From contig JAKUPT010000010.1 of the NCBI GenBank assembly GCA_022450595.1, positions 1 through 60,186 of the forward strand: DNA of 60,186 nt, given 5' to 3'. The position numbers were made by a program, and so were the translations under genes. This document shows, piece by piece, positions 16,907-25,984 of the stretch (its first letter is position 1; each line of letters opens with the position of its first letter). The notes beneath the pieces were generated by a model, which did no database searches, was not told where the DNA came from, and saw only the letters and a list, made by a program, of their open reading frames with translations. The DNA comes from Bdellovibrionales bacterium. Its GTDB lineage: Bacteria > Bdellovibrionota > Bdellovibrionia > Bdellovibrionales > UBA1609.

Positions 16907-17488
16907 TTGATGTGGTGCATTATGAATAGCCGCTACTCTCTTAACAAAACCAAATATTTGCTCGACCCTGAGGTTGAAAAGCTAACCTATCTTTTAAAAA
17001 GCCATATCGATAATGATCGCAGAAACTGTGTATTACTTCTTTTAGCCCTAAATATTGGAGCCAGGGCTCAGGAGCTTTTAAATATTCGCTGGAGTGACAT
17101 CAATGAGTACGACCAAACCGTATTTATTAGAGGCATTAAAAACAGTAACGATCGAGAGCTGCCACTGCCCGACTGGCTTTTTAGAGAATTATTAAAAATC
17201 AAATCAAACCCAGGAAAGCCTCCAAAGCTTGGTGGCGCCCAGCTTAAAATATCCCCTCAATATGTGTTCCCAATAACTTATAATCGCCTGAGGCAAATCT
17301 GGGAGCTTTACAGACCTGTAAATAAAAAGTTTCATGCTTTAAGGCATACATTTGCCATCAGGATCTATAAAAAGACAAAAGACATACGATTATTACAAGT
17401 AGCATTGGGGCACCGAAATATCACTAATACGATGATTTATGCGGACTATGTGTATTCTCAACAGGAGCTCAAAAAATTAATTCTATAA
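16907..17488 (+). CDS. Short tyrosine recombinase (catalytic domain only, FimB/FimE-like size)
   Basis: GAR (R), GIK (K), HALRH, LGH and TMIY (Y) are all present. The start may be ATG 16922. Confidence 0.9.
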   Translation: MMWCIMNSRYSLNKTKYLLDPEVEKLTYLLKSHIDNDRRNCVLLLLALNIGARAQELLNIRWSDINEYDQTVFIRGIKNSNDRELPLPDWLFRELLKIKSNPGKPPKLGGAQLKISPQYVFPITYNRLRQIWELYRPVNKKFHALRHTFAIRIYKKTKDIRLLQVALGHRNITNTMIYADYVYSQQELKKLIL

Positions 17489-17640
17489 GTAAATTAAAGT
17501 CTCAATTTAATACACTTTAAAGTGACATATTACGCTTTGCAACTGTACTTCCTTTAAACATCTCAAATCCAATAAATAAACAAAGTTTATTATATTCTCA
17601 TTTTGATACGATGAGATCAAATCTATTTGCTTTTCAATGA

Positions 17641-17657
17641 TTGGTACACACTGTGCT
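17641..17657 (+). promoter_or_regulatory. sigma54-like promoter
   Basis: TTGGTACACACTGTGCT (GG-N10-GC), about 30 bp upstream of the ATG. Confidence 0.45.
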
Positions 17658-17685
17658 CATTTAATACATAAAAAGGAGTGATAAA

Positions 17686-18429
17686 ATGAAGGGAATAATT
17701 ATAACAATATGTTTATGTCTAATGACAGCCTCAACAGCTTTTGGTTTTGAGAAAGACGACGCCAAGAGCTTTGATTTAAATTTCTCAATGGATGAGCTAT
17801 TATTTATGAAATGGGCACTTACTACTGATAAAACTACAGTTGAGGGGCTCCCAACACAGGAACAGATTGATTTGTTTAAAAAAGATACAAACAGCAAAGA
17901 TTTTTATATAAGTACAAGATCCAGTGATGTTATCTCTTGTTCAACAAAAAAAGAACCAAAAACTTGTAAGATCATTGATGAAATAGCTGATGGAAAAAAT
18001 GCTTATGATTTTATTAAAGTAAATGTGGAAAAGAAACTTACACTTACACAAGTTAATGATTTAATAGAGTTGGCCCGTCCTGTTATAGAAAGATATAACA
18101 AAAAAAGTGAAGGTTATTTGAAATATTCAAAAGTTTATAATGGCCGAAAATACACATGTGTATACGAGAAATTTTATGGTGAAATTGGAGATGGACCATA
18201 TTTTGACAGAGATTGTAAAGCACACGAAATAACTTCTAAAAATAGTATTGATAGAGAGATTTACAAACATACAATTGAAAGAGCTCTTAATCCTGAGATA
18301 TATGCCAAAGAACATGGCCTAAAATCAATCCGGGTTCATTCTAGCAGTGTTCACTTATCATCTTCTACTAGACCAAGATATGATTACAAGAATCCTAAAA
18401 CTTTTGAGGAAAGTATTGGAATAAGATAA
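17686..18429 (+). CDS. Secreted hypothetical protein
   Basis: RBS AAGGAG; signal peptide MKGIIITICLCLMTASTAFG; paired Cys residues. Confidence 0.75.
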   Translation: MKGIIITICLCLMTASTAFGFEKDDAKSFDLNFSMDELLFMKWALTTDKTTVEGLPTQEQIDLFKKDTNSKDFYISTRSSDVISCSTKKEPKTCKIIDEIADGKNAYDFIKVNVEKKLTLTQVNDLIELARPVIERYNKKSEGYLKYSKVYNGRKYTCVYEKFYGEIGDGPYFDRDCKAHEITSKNSIDREIYKHTIERALNPEIYAKEHGLKSIRVHSSSVHLSSSTRPRYDYKNPKTFEESIGIR

Positions 18430-18445
18430 TTTCAGTTTAAACACT

Positions 18446-18487
18446 AAAAGCAAGAAATCATTTTAAAAACCATGTTTCTTGCTTTTT
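18446..18487 (+). terminator. Intrinsic terminator-like hairpin
   Basis: 12-bp inverted repeat AAAAGCAAGAAA / TTTCTTGCTTTT. Confidence 0.55.
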
Positions 18488-18572
18488 ATATTAAGATTGT
18501 TTTTTTGAAACAAAAATTGTCACACAATTTTTGTCACTTAAACAGTAAACAAGACTATAAACAAATACAGCC

Positions 18573-18588
18573 AGGCATAATTAATGCA
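18573..18588 (+). promoter_or_regulatory. sigma54-like promoter
   Basis: AGGCATAATTAATGCA (GG-N10-GC). Confidence 0.45.
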
Positions 18589-18627
18589 AATGTATCATAT
18601 TAAAATATAACGAGAGGGCTTTTAATT

Positions 18628-19062
18628 ATGAAGTATCTTATTTTTCTTTCAATATCTTTAATGTTAGTGGCTTGCACAGACAAAAATGAAAACTCAAAAT
18701 CAGAACAAAAAAAGCCTAATATAACGATCAACAACGTAGATCAAAAGACTCCGAAGACGATTTGGGAAATGAACTATGAAATAATCCAAAATGCTCCCCC
18801 GGTAGCATCAGCTCCTGGTTATCCTGGACCTAAAACTAATAAGAAAGATTATTTATCAACACTAAATCAGTTACACTTAGAAGAGAATAATGAACTTAAA
18901 GAATTACGTAATGAGTTGGTAAAACTAGTAAATCAAGCTGCTCCTGCCGGTGAAGATAAATATATTTATATCATGCCTGAGATGAAGAGTCTTTTTCATA
19001 CACTAAGAAATAAGATCAAAAAAGAGATCTACGAGGATATAGTTGCTAATTCAAAAAAATGA
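18628..19062 (+). CDS. Hypothetical lipoprotein
   Basis: LVAC lipobox; RBS GAGAGGG. Confidence 0.72.
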   Translation: MKYLIFLSISLMLVACTDKNENSKSEQKKPNITINNVDQKTPKTIWEMNYEIIQNAPPVASAPGYPGPKTNKKDYLSTLNQLHLEENNELKELRNELVKLVNQAAPAGEDKYIYIMPEMKSLFHTLRNKIKKEIYEDIVANSKK

Positions 19063-19271
19063 TATCATTATTTGCGGCTTTAACTGGTTATAAAGATATT
19101 TAATTTATTATTTTTAATTAAGATTGCCTGCGTGAAAGACACATTATCAACATACATATAGATGTCTTCTGAAACGCCGCTATTTGCCCAATCTAATAGG
19201 TAAGCAAACTGTAATTCTGCTCACCGGAAATATGCTTATTTTCCACTAGCGCTAAAAAAAATCTCTGGGAT

Positions 19272-22200
19272 TTATAGTTCATCTGCCCCGACATCCCAAG
19301 GCACACTTCGATTCGACCCTTCTATATCGATTGAAAATGGGAAGCTTGCATCACCGGAAAGGTCAGTACCAGCTCCTACCTGATCAGAGCTAGATCCCTG
19401 AATACGCAGATCATCGTTGGTGAAGTCTCCGTCGTCTGAAAAACTAACAAATAATTCACTTGTGGTTTGAGATGTTAAAAAACTATTCGCTCCAAAGTTT
19501 GTGGGCATAACAACATCTGTAATGTTGTAATCAGAGTCAGCATGCAATTGGAGAGTTCTTTTGCAACTATTTACATTACACTGTAGCGCCAAGGTATTTT
19601 TTAATATCATATTGCCCTCTTCGTGATTAAATCCATAGAGACTCCTAATAGTGGTGGTGTTATAAATACGCATAAAACCTCCACTTACTCTATAAAATAT
19701 CGCAGAAGAATAGCCCGCAATAATATTGTTTATTGAAAAACACTCACCACATCCAACAATAGACATTCCATTATTTCCCTGCCCAGCACTTCCTGAAAAG
19801 ATAAAGAGGTTATTTTTAATATAATGCTGACTATAATAATCGTCACTAGAGTTAACGTAAATCCCGTCAGCTGAACTATTTCCTGGTGATTGAACATATA
19901 TCTGCAGCCCCTCAATAATACTATTGTTAGCACTCATAATAATAGGTGTTGTGTCGGTGGTAACAATACGTACCGCAGAGGTGCTCCAAGCCCCAACATG
20001 TCGCTGGCTTACTCCCACTTCGGTGGGTGAAGAAGGGGCAAATAAATGAATATGATTAGCTCTAGTTGTTTTCCAACCAACATTAAAATTAACCCCCTCG
20101 CTAAACACAGCATCGTTGTAAAGAGCAAGGTGCCAGACTTCATCCGTACCAGTGAGTACAGATATATCTCGATCACCGGAGCCGTCAAAGCTGCGCAAAG
20201 CAAGGTCAATTCCAGTATTTTCAATTTGATTCTCAGCATCGGCTAAGGATGTATAAGACCTATAGATCGACCAGTCGGTATCAGATGTTGTCGCTACTGG
20301 GGTTCCACCCAAGCTGTTTTTTACAACAAACTGAGTTGATGAAACTCGAGAGTGAATAAATGCAATAGCATCAACAGTATTGGCTCCACTGCCATTACCC
20401 CCGCCATCAGAATCATACTGAATAGCATCCCCTACTCCTACGTTATCAGGCAAAGGGCTTGAAAATACTGCCGTCGATGCACTTATTGACATGGCATTTG
20501 CTCCGCCTACAGCTAAGGCCGAAGTGCTGCCGTATCCAACCGACCTATAAAAATGCACAGGATTAGGAAGGGGAAATGATTTGTTCAAAGGATCAGGGTC
20601 TGCCGTATCTGGGTCCGCAGCAATTGTGCGCACTTTTATAGTATCTCCTGGGTTATATCCTGCCGGAAGAGTTCTTATATCTGCGGTGAAAGCCTTAAAA
20701 CTCCTTGTCATTACAACAGAATTTCCCGTCTGCGGATCACAACCAGGGTTATCGGTATAATTGCAGTAATAAAAGGTAACTCTGACATCTAAATCGATAT
20801 CGCGTGTGGACTGCGCAGCGATCGAAAAACTATCCGTGTCCAACTTGTGAACCACTAACCCGTTCAACTGAATGTCGGTTAACCTAATGGTTGCATTTTG
20901 TGGCGACTGATAAACCCCCTCGGGGTCAGTGACAATCACACGTAGGTTTAGATAATCATTAGGGTCATTCGGCATCGTCAATCCTGTCACTGAAGCTACA
21001 TAGTTTGCCCCAGTAAGAGTCATTGCAGCCGATGAGCCAGCTTCTGGGTTACAACCAGGACTATCGGTCTCGTTACAATACCAAACTGTGGCCGCTGAGT
21101 TGGTCTCGGGGTCACCAGAACTTGGAACACTGATTTCAAAGCTTGTTCCAGTGGCTCTGACGAGTTCAATTGGAGAAAGAACTACTTGAGCAAGAGGAAC
21201 AGTGCCTGTTTTGGGTGAGTCGATAGAACCATTTGGATCTGATGCAACCGCCGCCACTGACATAAGATCAGCCTCATCGTTAGGTGCTGTAAGACCCGAG
21301 ACTGTCGCAGTGAAGGTTGTACCAGTTCGATTCATCAAAACAGATGTCCCTGTGGTAGTAGGATCACACCCAGGACTGTCAGTCACATTGCAGTAATAAA
21401 GAGTGACAGAGCCGTTTTGTTCTAAATCTCCTTTTGATGGCACTGTTGCAGTGAAACCTGCTTTGGTCTGAGCACTAAAGGTAAGACCATCTAAATCCAA
21501 AGCTGTGCCATCTAGTGTTACTGTCGATGATATTGGGCTGTTTGAAGTTCCATTTGTATCCGTTGCTACAGCCCGAATATTAAATACATCAGTTGGAGAA
21601 GTTAGTCCTGAAATAGTCACAGTATAGGAAGAGCTACCTCTAGTCATGGCAGAAGAGGCTCCCGCACTAGGGTCACAACCTGGCACTTCACTAGCATTAC
21701 AATAGAAAAGATTGACGGAGCCATTAGTATTCATATCACCGGTAAAATCCACTGAGGCATCAAAGGCGCTTGAGGTGATATTACTAGCTGCTAAATTGCT
21801 AATTGATAGAGAGTATATACTTAAAGTTGTTGTAGTGCTCTGAGGAGAGCCACTAGAGCCATCTGTATCGGATGCAACTACTCGTATATTAAAAGTATCC
21901 CCTTCGTCATTGGGCGAACTGAGAGAACTTATGCTGGCAGTATAGCTAGATGTACCTTTAGTCATTGCCACACTAACTCCAGTACTTACTGGATCACAAG
22001 CTGGAGCGTCGGTTGAATTACAATAATAAAGTGTCGTATTACCATTTGTATTTTCATCGCCATTAAAGTCGACACTGACGTCGAAAGAGTTGTTAGTCAC
22101 ATTACTTATAAGTAAATTACTAAGAGACAAAGAATAGGTTTTTAATGTCACAGTTGAGCTGAGTGGTGACCCCATAGTGCCATCAGGGTCCTGTGCTATG

Positions 22201-22910
22201 AGCTCAATGTTCAACACATCTGCTTCATCATAAGGAGAGGATAATGAAGTAATGCTTGCACTAAATTTTGATGCTCCTTTAATCATATTTATTGAAGATC
22301 CCACACTGCTTGGGTCACAACCAGGAGTGTCGGTATTATTACAATAATAAAGAACAGCGGAGCCATTTTCATTAAAATCACCAAAAAAATCACCCGTAAC
22401 ATCAAAAGAATTATTAGTAATATTTGATATTGTTAGGTTCGAAATAGACAGCCCTTCTTCACTTAGTAGCTGAAAACTCCCTGTAAAACGAGTTGGACTA
22501 TCTTTATCTATATCTGTGATATCTATAATGTAATTAAAAGAATCTTCAGGATCATTAGGAGAACTTAAATTACTTATAAGACCTGAAAAAGTGCTACTGC
22601 TTGTTCGTATTAGATTTAAAGAGACACCAGTCTTAGCATCACAACCAGGAGTATCTGTATTGTTGCAATAAAAAAACTTAGCTGTAGCATTTGAATTTAA
22701 ATCACCAGTATAATTAATATCAACTTTTAAAGAGTCTGATGTCAGGACAGTTATGCTGTGGTTTTCAACAGATATCTTATCATTGGCTAGATACCCTTCT
22801 TGTATCTTACCAATACTACCACCGCAAGCGACTAAGAAAAAAGGAGTAGTAACGCTTACAAAACAATGGAATAACCTTAAAATATACGTACAATAATTAC
22901 AGGCATTCAC
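19272..22910 (-). CDS. Large surface lipoprotein/adhesin: 7 x ~105-110-aa repeats plus a C-terminal beta-helix-like domain
   Basis: LVAC lipobox; seven [YFW]YCNx[TS][DE]xPxC[DN] repeats; C-terminal DIEG..R...WDVGADE motif like those ending pectin-lyase-fold surface proteins. Confidence 0.78.
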   Translation of the reverse strand: MNACNYCTYILRLFHCFVSVTTPFFLVACGGSIGKIQEGYLANDKISVENHSITVLTSDSLKVDINYTGDLNSNATAKFFYCNNTDTPGCDAKTGVSLNLIRTSSSTFSGLISNLSSPNDPEDSFNYIIDITDIDKDSPTRFTGSFQLLSEEGLSISNLTISNITNNSFDVTGDFFGDFNENGSAVLYYCNNTDTPGCDPSSVGSSINMIKGASKFSASITSLSSPYDEADVLNIELIAQDPDGTMGSPLSSTVTLKTYSLSLSNLLISNVTNNSFDVSVDFNGDENTNGNTTLYYCNSTDAPACDPVSTGVSVAMTKGTSSYTASISSLSSPNDEGDTFNIRVVASDTDGSSGSPQSTTTTLSIYSLSISNLAASNITSSAFDASVDFTGDMNTNGSVNLFYCNASEVPGCDPSAGASSAMTRGSSSYTVTISGLTSPTDVFNIRAVATDTNGTSNSPISSTVTLDGTALDLDGLTFSAQTKAGFTATVPSKGDLEQNGSVTLYYCNVTDSPGCDPTTTGTSVLMNRTGTTFTATVSGLTAPNDEADLMSVAAVASDPNGSIDSPKTGTVPLAQVVLSPIELVRATGTSFEISVPSSGDPETNSAATVWYCNETDSPGCNPEAGSSAAMTLTGANYVASVTGLTMPNDPNDYLNLRVIVTDPEGVYQSPQNATIRLTDIQLNGLVVHKLDTDSFSIAAQSTRDIDLDVRVTFYYCNYTDNPGCDPQTGNSVVMTRSFKAFTADIRTLPAGYNPGDTIKVRTIAADPDTADPDPLNKSFPLPNPVHFYRSVGYGSTSALAVGGANAMSISASTAVFSSPLPDNVGVGDAIQYDSDGGGNGSGANTVDAIAFIHSRVSSTQFVVKNSLGGTPVATTSDTDWSIYRSYTSLADAENQIENTGIDLALRSFDGSGDRDISVLTGTDEVWHLALYNDAVFSEGVNFNVGWKTTRANHIHLFAPSSPTEVGVSQRHVGAWSTSAVRIVTTDTTPIIMSANNSIIEGLQIYVQSPGNSSADGIYVNSSDDYYSQHYIKNNLFIFSGSAGQGNNGMSIVGCGECFSINNIIAGYSSAIFYRVSGGFMRIYNTTTIRSLYGFNHEEGNMILKNTLALQCNVNSCKRTLQLHADSDYNITDVVMPTNFGANSFLTSQTTSELFVSFSDDGDFTNDDLRIQGSSSDQVGAGTDLSGDASFPFSIDIEGSNRSVPWDVGADEL

Positions 22911-22943
22911 AGATTAAACCTTTCAAAACAACACACTTATTAC

Positions 22944-23002
22944 TTATCGACTAAAAATCGCTGTAACCTTAGAATAGTGAGCTTATGTGTCAAATTTATA
23001 CA
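22944..23002 (-). promoter_or_regulatory. sigma28-like promoter plus upstream 17-bp palindrome
   Basis: TAAG-N16-GTCGATAA (22944-22971, minus strand) and TGTGTCAAATTTATACA (22986-23002). Confidence 0.55.
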
Positions 23003-23173
23003 GTAATATTTATGAAATTTAATATCATAAATATAAATTTAAAAATAAATTGAGTTTAGAATAGGTAGGCAACATTTCTGTACCATATTGAGATATAAAT
23101 ATGAATTATGTGTAGAGGAATAGAGTGTGGGCAAAATCACATTAAAGAAGTTTTTTAATCTCGTTAATATGAA

Positions 23174-25954
23174 CTAGTAAAACATAAATCTACAACTCAT
23201 TCCTACATTTTGATTTTCATGAATAACCTTTATTGCGTCATCAAAATACGGTCTATAGCTTTGATCCATAGAGCTTACATGTTCTTTAAAAGCTGTACGA
23301 AACTGACTAGTACCATGCTCATAGTATTTTATAAACTTATCCCATACATCCATGTCCGGAGAATTTAAAACATATGGCATCAATGACAAAACTTGTTTGG
23401 ATCTAATGTCTGTTTTAACAACTATATCAAAAATCTCATAATGCTTCATAATTTCAAAGGCATTTATAAACTCAGTTTTGTTATTTCTTTCGTATTTATT
23501 TAAATTGTCTATAAAAAGTCTTAAATAGTGTTGGGAGCTAAACATATCTTTTCGGTATAAATCCCTTAACCTAATTGTGAGCTCTTCAAATAAGTCAGTT
23601 CCAACTAAGTATCCAGACAATGAAAAGAGCACATTGTTCCAGCTTTGATGTTTACTTTGAGATAAATGAAATTCATGATCAATAATATTTAAAATTCTTA
23701 CCGCCTGCATTTTAAGTGGATCATTATTATTAAGTTTTAATGCATCTATAAAAACACTTTCTAAAAAGTAATTATTGGGAGTATTAATTGTAGTTTTCTC
23801 AGCGTTTTTTCTTACTGACTCAAGCCATTTGTCAAAAAAATCCTCTGAAAACATCAACCTAAGCATATCAATTGAAATAATTTTGAAAAGGTAGTCTTCA
23901 ACTTTTTCATACAAATTATATTCTGTAATAATTTTTAATTTATCAGCTAACTTTGTTATGTCTTTTTCAAACTCAATAACCTTAGATAAATACTCTGCAT
24001 CAATAATATCTTTATAGTTTTTTACTACATATTTAAAGAATCTGTCTTTATTTTTAGCTTTGCTATCATGAAGAATTTCTTCAATATTAACAAGTAGAGT
24101 GGTGAAATCCATCACTCCAGTACTATAGCTTTCTTTTAGATTATGAATATCTAAGTCTTTAACAAGTCTAATGGCATTTTTTGTTTTATCTTCGCTCGAT
24201 TTTATAAATCGTGAGACTCTTTGAATACCAACACTTTGATAGTGCTTAAAGGCTTCATGATCGATTTGTGATTTTAAAACGTATAAGACCTTTAAAAAAT
24301 AAAGAGCTTTTTGATATTCTGTTGGAGGTTGAGGTTGAATTTTGTCTCTATCTTTTTTTGGTACTCTCCAAACAAAAGGCTTATAATTACCTTTGTTATT
24401 ATGAATATGTCCATCTTTTTCACTAAAAGAAGAACTCCATGCAGATAAAGAATATAATCTATTTTCTGGTGATATCACATAAAGCTCTGAATGATTTTTG
24501 TTAAAGACAACAAAAGATTTATAGCCAAGCTTTTGAGCCAAAATCTTTCCTCTTAGAGCTGTATCCCGACAGTCATTAGCACAACCCAACACATCATCGT
24601 TTGCTAATAGTTTTATAACATCTAGCTTATGAGTTTTTGAGGCCTCAGCCTTTAATCCAACTAAAATTGGCAAAGCCGCCTTCATTTGTTCATTGAAGCT
24701 TGTATATCTTAACTTTAAATCATTAGCTACAATATCTAAGAAAACACTGACTTCAGAATTAAAATCTAGAAACATTTTAGGATGTTGACCGCCATGTGAT
24801 TGGCTACCATCAATAATCATATAATGTTCTAATTTATCTAAAGACTGTAATCGCTTTGGAATCTCTCTTTCTAATGTACTTAGTGTATGTGTATTTCTTT
24901 TAAAATAATCCATCCAATATGAAGTTGGTCTGGTTATTTTTCTAGATGAGACTTTTCTCTCAAGAGAAGTTTCAATAAATTCAGCAAGCTTTGGGATATT
25001 GAATTTTTCATATATATCAATTGCATAGCTAGGTTTCGTGCTTTCTATTAAAGATTTTGTTAAAATTTTATTCATTCTTTGCAAGATATAATGAAGACTA
25101 TTTCTATCCAAATCAGCCTCAGTGACTGAGTTTAGATAGTCTGTAATAATTTTTTTAACCAAATCATCTGACTGAACATCACCTTTTAATTCGTATCTTG
25201 CCAGGTTAGCAATATACTTTACAGCGGAAACGATTTCAGGATTTTTGCCGGCCTTTGCTAAAGCAGTTTCAGAATGATTTTCTGAATGAAAGTAGTAGTT
25301 TGTTTCTTTCAAAAAAGCGTCCAAATAAGATTTTCCATCAGGGGTATTTTTGGTTCTCACATCGTAAAGTGAGGGATATTTTTTTGATAGTTTTTTGTTA
25401 AGTGGTAACACTCTTATCATTCCACTAGAAATGGCATCAGTGTTTTGTTGGTTAATATTTTTGTTTTCAAAAATTCCACGATCATTTTCATAATGAAGTG
25501 ATACAGTTTCCCATCTCGTTTTTCCCTCAACAACCTCTGGAAAATGCTCCTTCAGCTCTTCAACTAAGTTATTTCTGATTTCATGTGTGGCATCAACCGC
25601 AATATCAACATCTGAAATATGACTTAAAAGATGCCTTGAAAAGCTTTTTGGAAGTCCTGTTGCTCTTTTATTACCTTTTTTTCTCTCTAGATATTCATGA
25701 ACAGCAGATACAATCTGATGTGCGGCCCCACCGTAAATATAGATGGGCATAGATCTAGGCGTCCAATAAGTGGAGTCTTTATCGTGTTGTTTATTATTTT
25801 CTGATAAAAACTTTTTAATGATTTCAGCTTCTTGAGTTTTCGATAAGTACTCTAAAACCGCATCTTCAAGAACCACACTCTCAAGTCGAACTCTGTCGAT
25901 GGCAAAAACATTTATTGATAAAATTGTTATTATAAAAAACAACAGACTTTTCAT
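23174..25954 (-). CDS. Secreted protein with nucleotidyltransferase-like (CCA/poly(A) polymerase head-like) N-domain and possible transglutaminase-like domain
   Basis: Signal peptide MKSLLFFIITILSINVFA; IYIYGG...SDVDIAVD; NDCRDTA...NHSELYV; C-terminus SCRFMFY. Confidence 0.6.
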   Translation of the reverse strand: MKSLLFFIITILSINVFAIDRVRLESVVLEDAVLEYLSKTQEAEIIKKFLSENNKQHDKDSTYWTPRSMPIYIYGGAAHQIVSAVHEYLERKKGNKRATGLPKSFSRHLLSHISDVDIAVDATHEIRNNLVEELKEHFPEVVEGKTRWETVSLHYENDRGIFENKNINQQNTDAISSGMIRVLPLNKKLSKKYPSLYDVRTKNTPDGKSYLDAFLKETNYYFHSENHSETALAKAGKNPEIVSAVKYIANLARYELKGDVQSDDLVKKIITDYLNSVTEADLDRNSLHYILQRMNKILTKSLIESTKPSYAIDIYEKFNIPKLAEFIETSLERKVSSRKITRPTSYWMDYFKRNTHTLSTLEREIPKRLQSLDKLEHYMIIDGSQSHGGQHPKMFLDFNSEVSVFLDIVANDLKLRYTSFNEQMKAALPILVGLKAEASKTHKLDVIKLLANDDVLGCANDCRDTALRGKILAQKLGYKSFVVFNKNHSELYVISPENRLYSLSAWSSSFSEKDGHIHNNKGNYKPFVWRVPKKDRDKIQPQPPTEYQKALYFLKVLYVLKSQIDHEAFKHYQSVGIQRVSRFIKSSEDKTKNAIRLVKDLDIHNLKESYSTGVMDFTTLLVNIEEILHDSKAKNKDRFFKYVVKNYKDIIDAEYLSKVIEFEKDITKLADKLKIITEYNLYEKVEDYLFKIISIDMLRLMFSEDFFDKWLESVRKNAEKTTINTPNNYFLESVFIDALKLNNNDPLKMQAVRILNIIDHEFHLSQSKHQSWNNVLFSLSGYLVGTDLFEELTIRLRDLYRKDMFSSQHYLRLFIDNLNKYERNNKTEFINAFEIMKHYEIFDIVVKTDIRSKQVLSLMPYVLNSPDMDVWDKFIKYYEHGTSQFRTAFKEHVSSMDQSYRPYFDDAIKVIHENQNVGMSCRFMFY

Positions 25955-25984
25955 AATATTCCCCTAAACACATAACCCTTAATA

